This document shows, one piece after another, positions 62,482-64,000 of a stretch of 64,000 nucleotides of DNA. Made by a program: the position numbers and the translations under genes. The notes beneath the pieces are model-generated. The model saw only the letters and a program-made list of their open reading frames with translations. It did no database searches and was not told where the DNA came from. Each line of letters begins with the position of its first letter. The first letter of the stretch is position 1. Location: the NCBI RefSeq assembly GCF_001447785.1, contig NW_015171514.1, positions 403,639-467,638 of the forward strand, read 5' to 3'. The stretch comes from Gekko japonicus (taxonomy: Eukaryota).

Positions 62482-63163
62482 TAGGGATGGGCATGAGCCT
62501 AAAAAGTCCGGTTCCATTTGGGGTCCGGGGTGGTTCCCAAACCAAACCCTGAGCTGCCAGAAAATGCCTGAATCGGCCAGTTCAGACCCCCTTTCTCCCA
62601 GCCATGGCAAGCCACAGCCAGGAGGGGGGGGGATCACCCGGTAAGGATTAAATGGCTGGCAGCCATTTAACCCTCCGTTTTGCTTCCCCCCCTTCAAAGG
62701 TGTTTAATGGCTCACAGCCATTTAAACGTAACAACTGAAGGGCAGATCTGCCCCTCTGTTAGGTTTAAATGGCTGCAAGCCATTAAATCCGTCATTTTTG
62801 CTTCCCCTGCTTCCAAGTGAAACAGAGTGCTGAAATGGCTTGAAATGGGTGCACCTGTCCACTGTTAGACTGAAATGGCTTGCAGCCATTTCAGTGCTCA
62901 TTTAGTGTGCCCCCCCTTTCTAAACAGGAGGAAGCAAAACTGACCGCTGTAATGGCTCATAGCCATTTAAACCTAACAAGTGAGCTGCAGACCTGCACCA
63001 CTCAGCTCTTAGGTTTTAAATGGCCCAAACAATTGGACCAAACTGGGAAAAGTCCAATAAATGTTCAGGGATGAAGACTTCCCCGAACATTGGTTCGAAG
63101 GCTATGAACCAGGCCAAGTTTGTGCCAAACTTTGGCTTGTGAACTGGTTCATGCCCATCCCTA
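62482..63163. mobile_element. hAT (Ac-like TAGGGATG termini) non-autonomous element
   Basis: TIRs TAGGGATGGGCATGA / TCATGCCCATCCCTA; TSD TTCCTGCA / TTGCTGCA. Confidence 0.88.
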
Positions 63164-64000
63164 TTGCTGCAACACTAAGGTCGTGAAGAAGGGATGGCAT
63201 TGTGAAAGGCTGCTTGTGCCAACATTATCACTTCACCTTTATGGATTGCACTCTGATTTCTCTGGCACTTGGATTTCTCTTGAGCCAGCCCAGGACTCCT
63301 CATTTCTGTTACTGCAGGGGGAGATGCTACACCCCATACAAAACTAGAATGCATGTCAGCCAAGATCAGAGGCAGTCTAAGTAATTCTGGGGTCCTGGAC
63401 AAAAATCCAGGATGGGACCTCAGTATTACTGTCACCCCCACCAACCCCCAGTAGGACCAAGAAAGGGGTGGTTCTCACCCCATGCAAGGTGGATGGGAAG
63501 GCAGCAACCCAAGCCCCAAATGGGGAAGGTGCAAGTGACAGCAGGAGCCTGTGCTTCTTTTCTCCCCTCCTTTTTGGAGGAGCAGCCATTTGGCAGTCAG
63601 GGCCCCCAAGTGTGGAGCCTGGGGCAGCTGCCCCTGTTGCCCAAGACCACCCCACCCAAGGTTCCAAGTGCTGGCACTGCTGATGGATGGGTTAAGTATG
63701 GACATTGCCTAGATAACACTCTAAGTGAGCATATCTAATCTTTACAAAGGGCCCTGTGCAGACATGCCAATTATATGAGAAAGCAAGGGTTTAGCCTGTT
63801 GTTGTCTAGACATTAAATAGTAGCTGTAGCGATGTGAAGTTGGAGAATTCCTGATTCAGACATTTTTCAGCTATGTCTGCACTTTGCAGCTGTCTGTTGT
63901 ATTTCTTCATTTCTTTGGATTTTTATCCTTGATTCTCCCACAGTGTGTATTACCCTTCATCTATTTTCTGTCCATATGCCCTTCCTCTTCAGGGAACTGT

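Noticed and set aside
62651-62967. CRISPR-like array (also considered for 40685-40900 and 20570-20731)
   Set aside because: Vertebrate intron, repeats too short or lacking unique regular spacers, no cas genes, and two of the three lie inside transposons.
50874-64000. Next ATP8A2 exon (..MVLSS..FWLGL..)
   Set aside because: Not found by eye; it probably lies beyond the window.

Overview
Vertebrate genomic DNA from a squamate reptile, most likely a gecko (inferred from Sauria and Squam3-type SINEs). The window lies inside one + strand gene, the P4-ATPase phospholipid flippase ATP8A2. Six GT-AG exons (22700-22774, 28859-28981, 31127-31205, 34898-34959, 43424-43480, 50766-50873) splice into one open frame encoding the C-terminal transmembrane region, [12 protein letters not shown]...PIAPDMLGQ. 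The rest is intron, densely filled with transposable elements. These include a degenerate DIRS1-type retrotransposon, a Ngaro-type tyrosine-recombinase element with two SGNH-hydrolase copies, a Penelope element with inverted pLTRs and two hammerhead-ribozyme motifs, L1/L2/CR1/RTE/BovB LINE fragments, tRNA-derived and 5S-derived SINEs, and many hAT and PIF/Harbinger MITEs. Nearly all ORFs in the supplied track are spurious or TE-derived, and there are no prokaryotic features. The most interesting unexplained signals are covarying hairpins in a hAT MITE family, a ~28-bp-periodic YY1-like array in a CpG-rich 1.3-kb block, and an AATGGCT-N3-AGCCATT palindrome array. Family names come from remembered consensus motifs, not from database searches.
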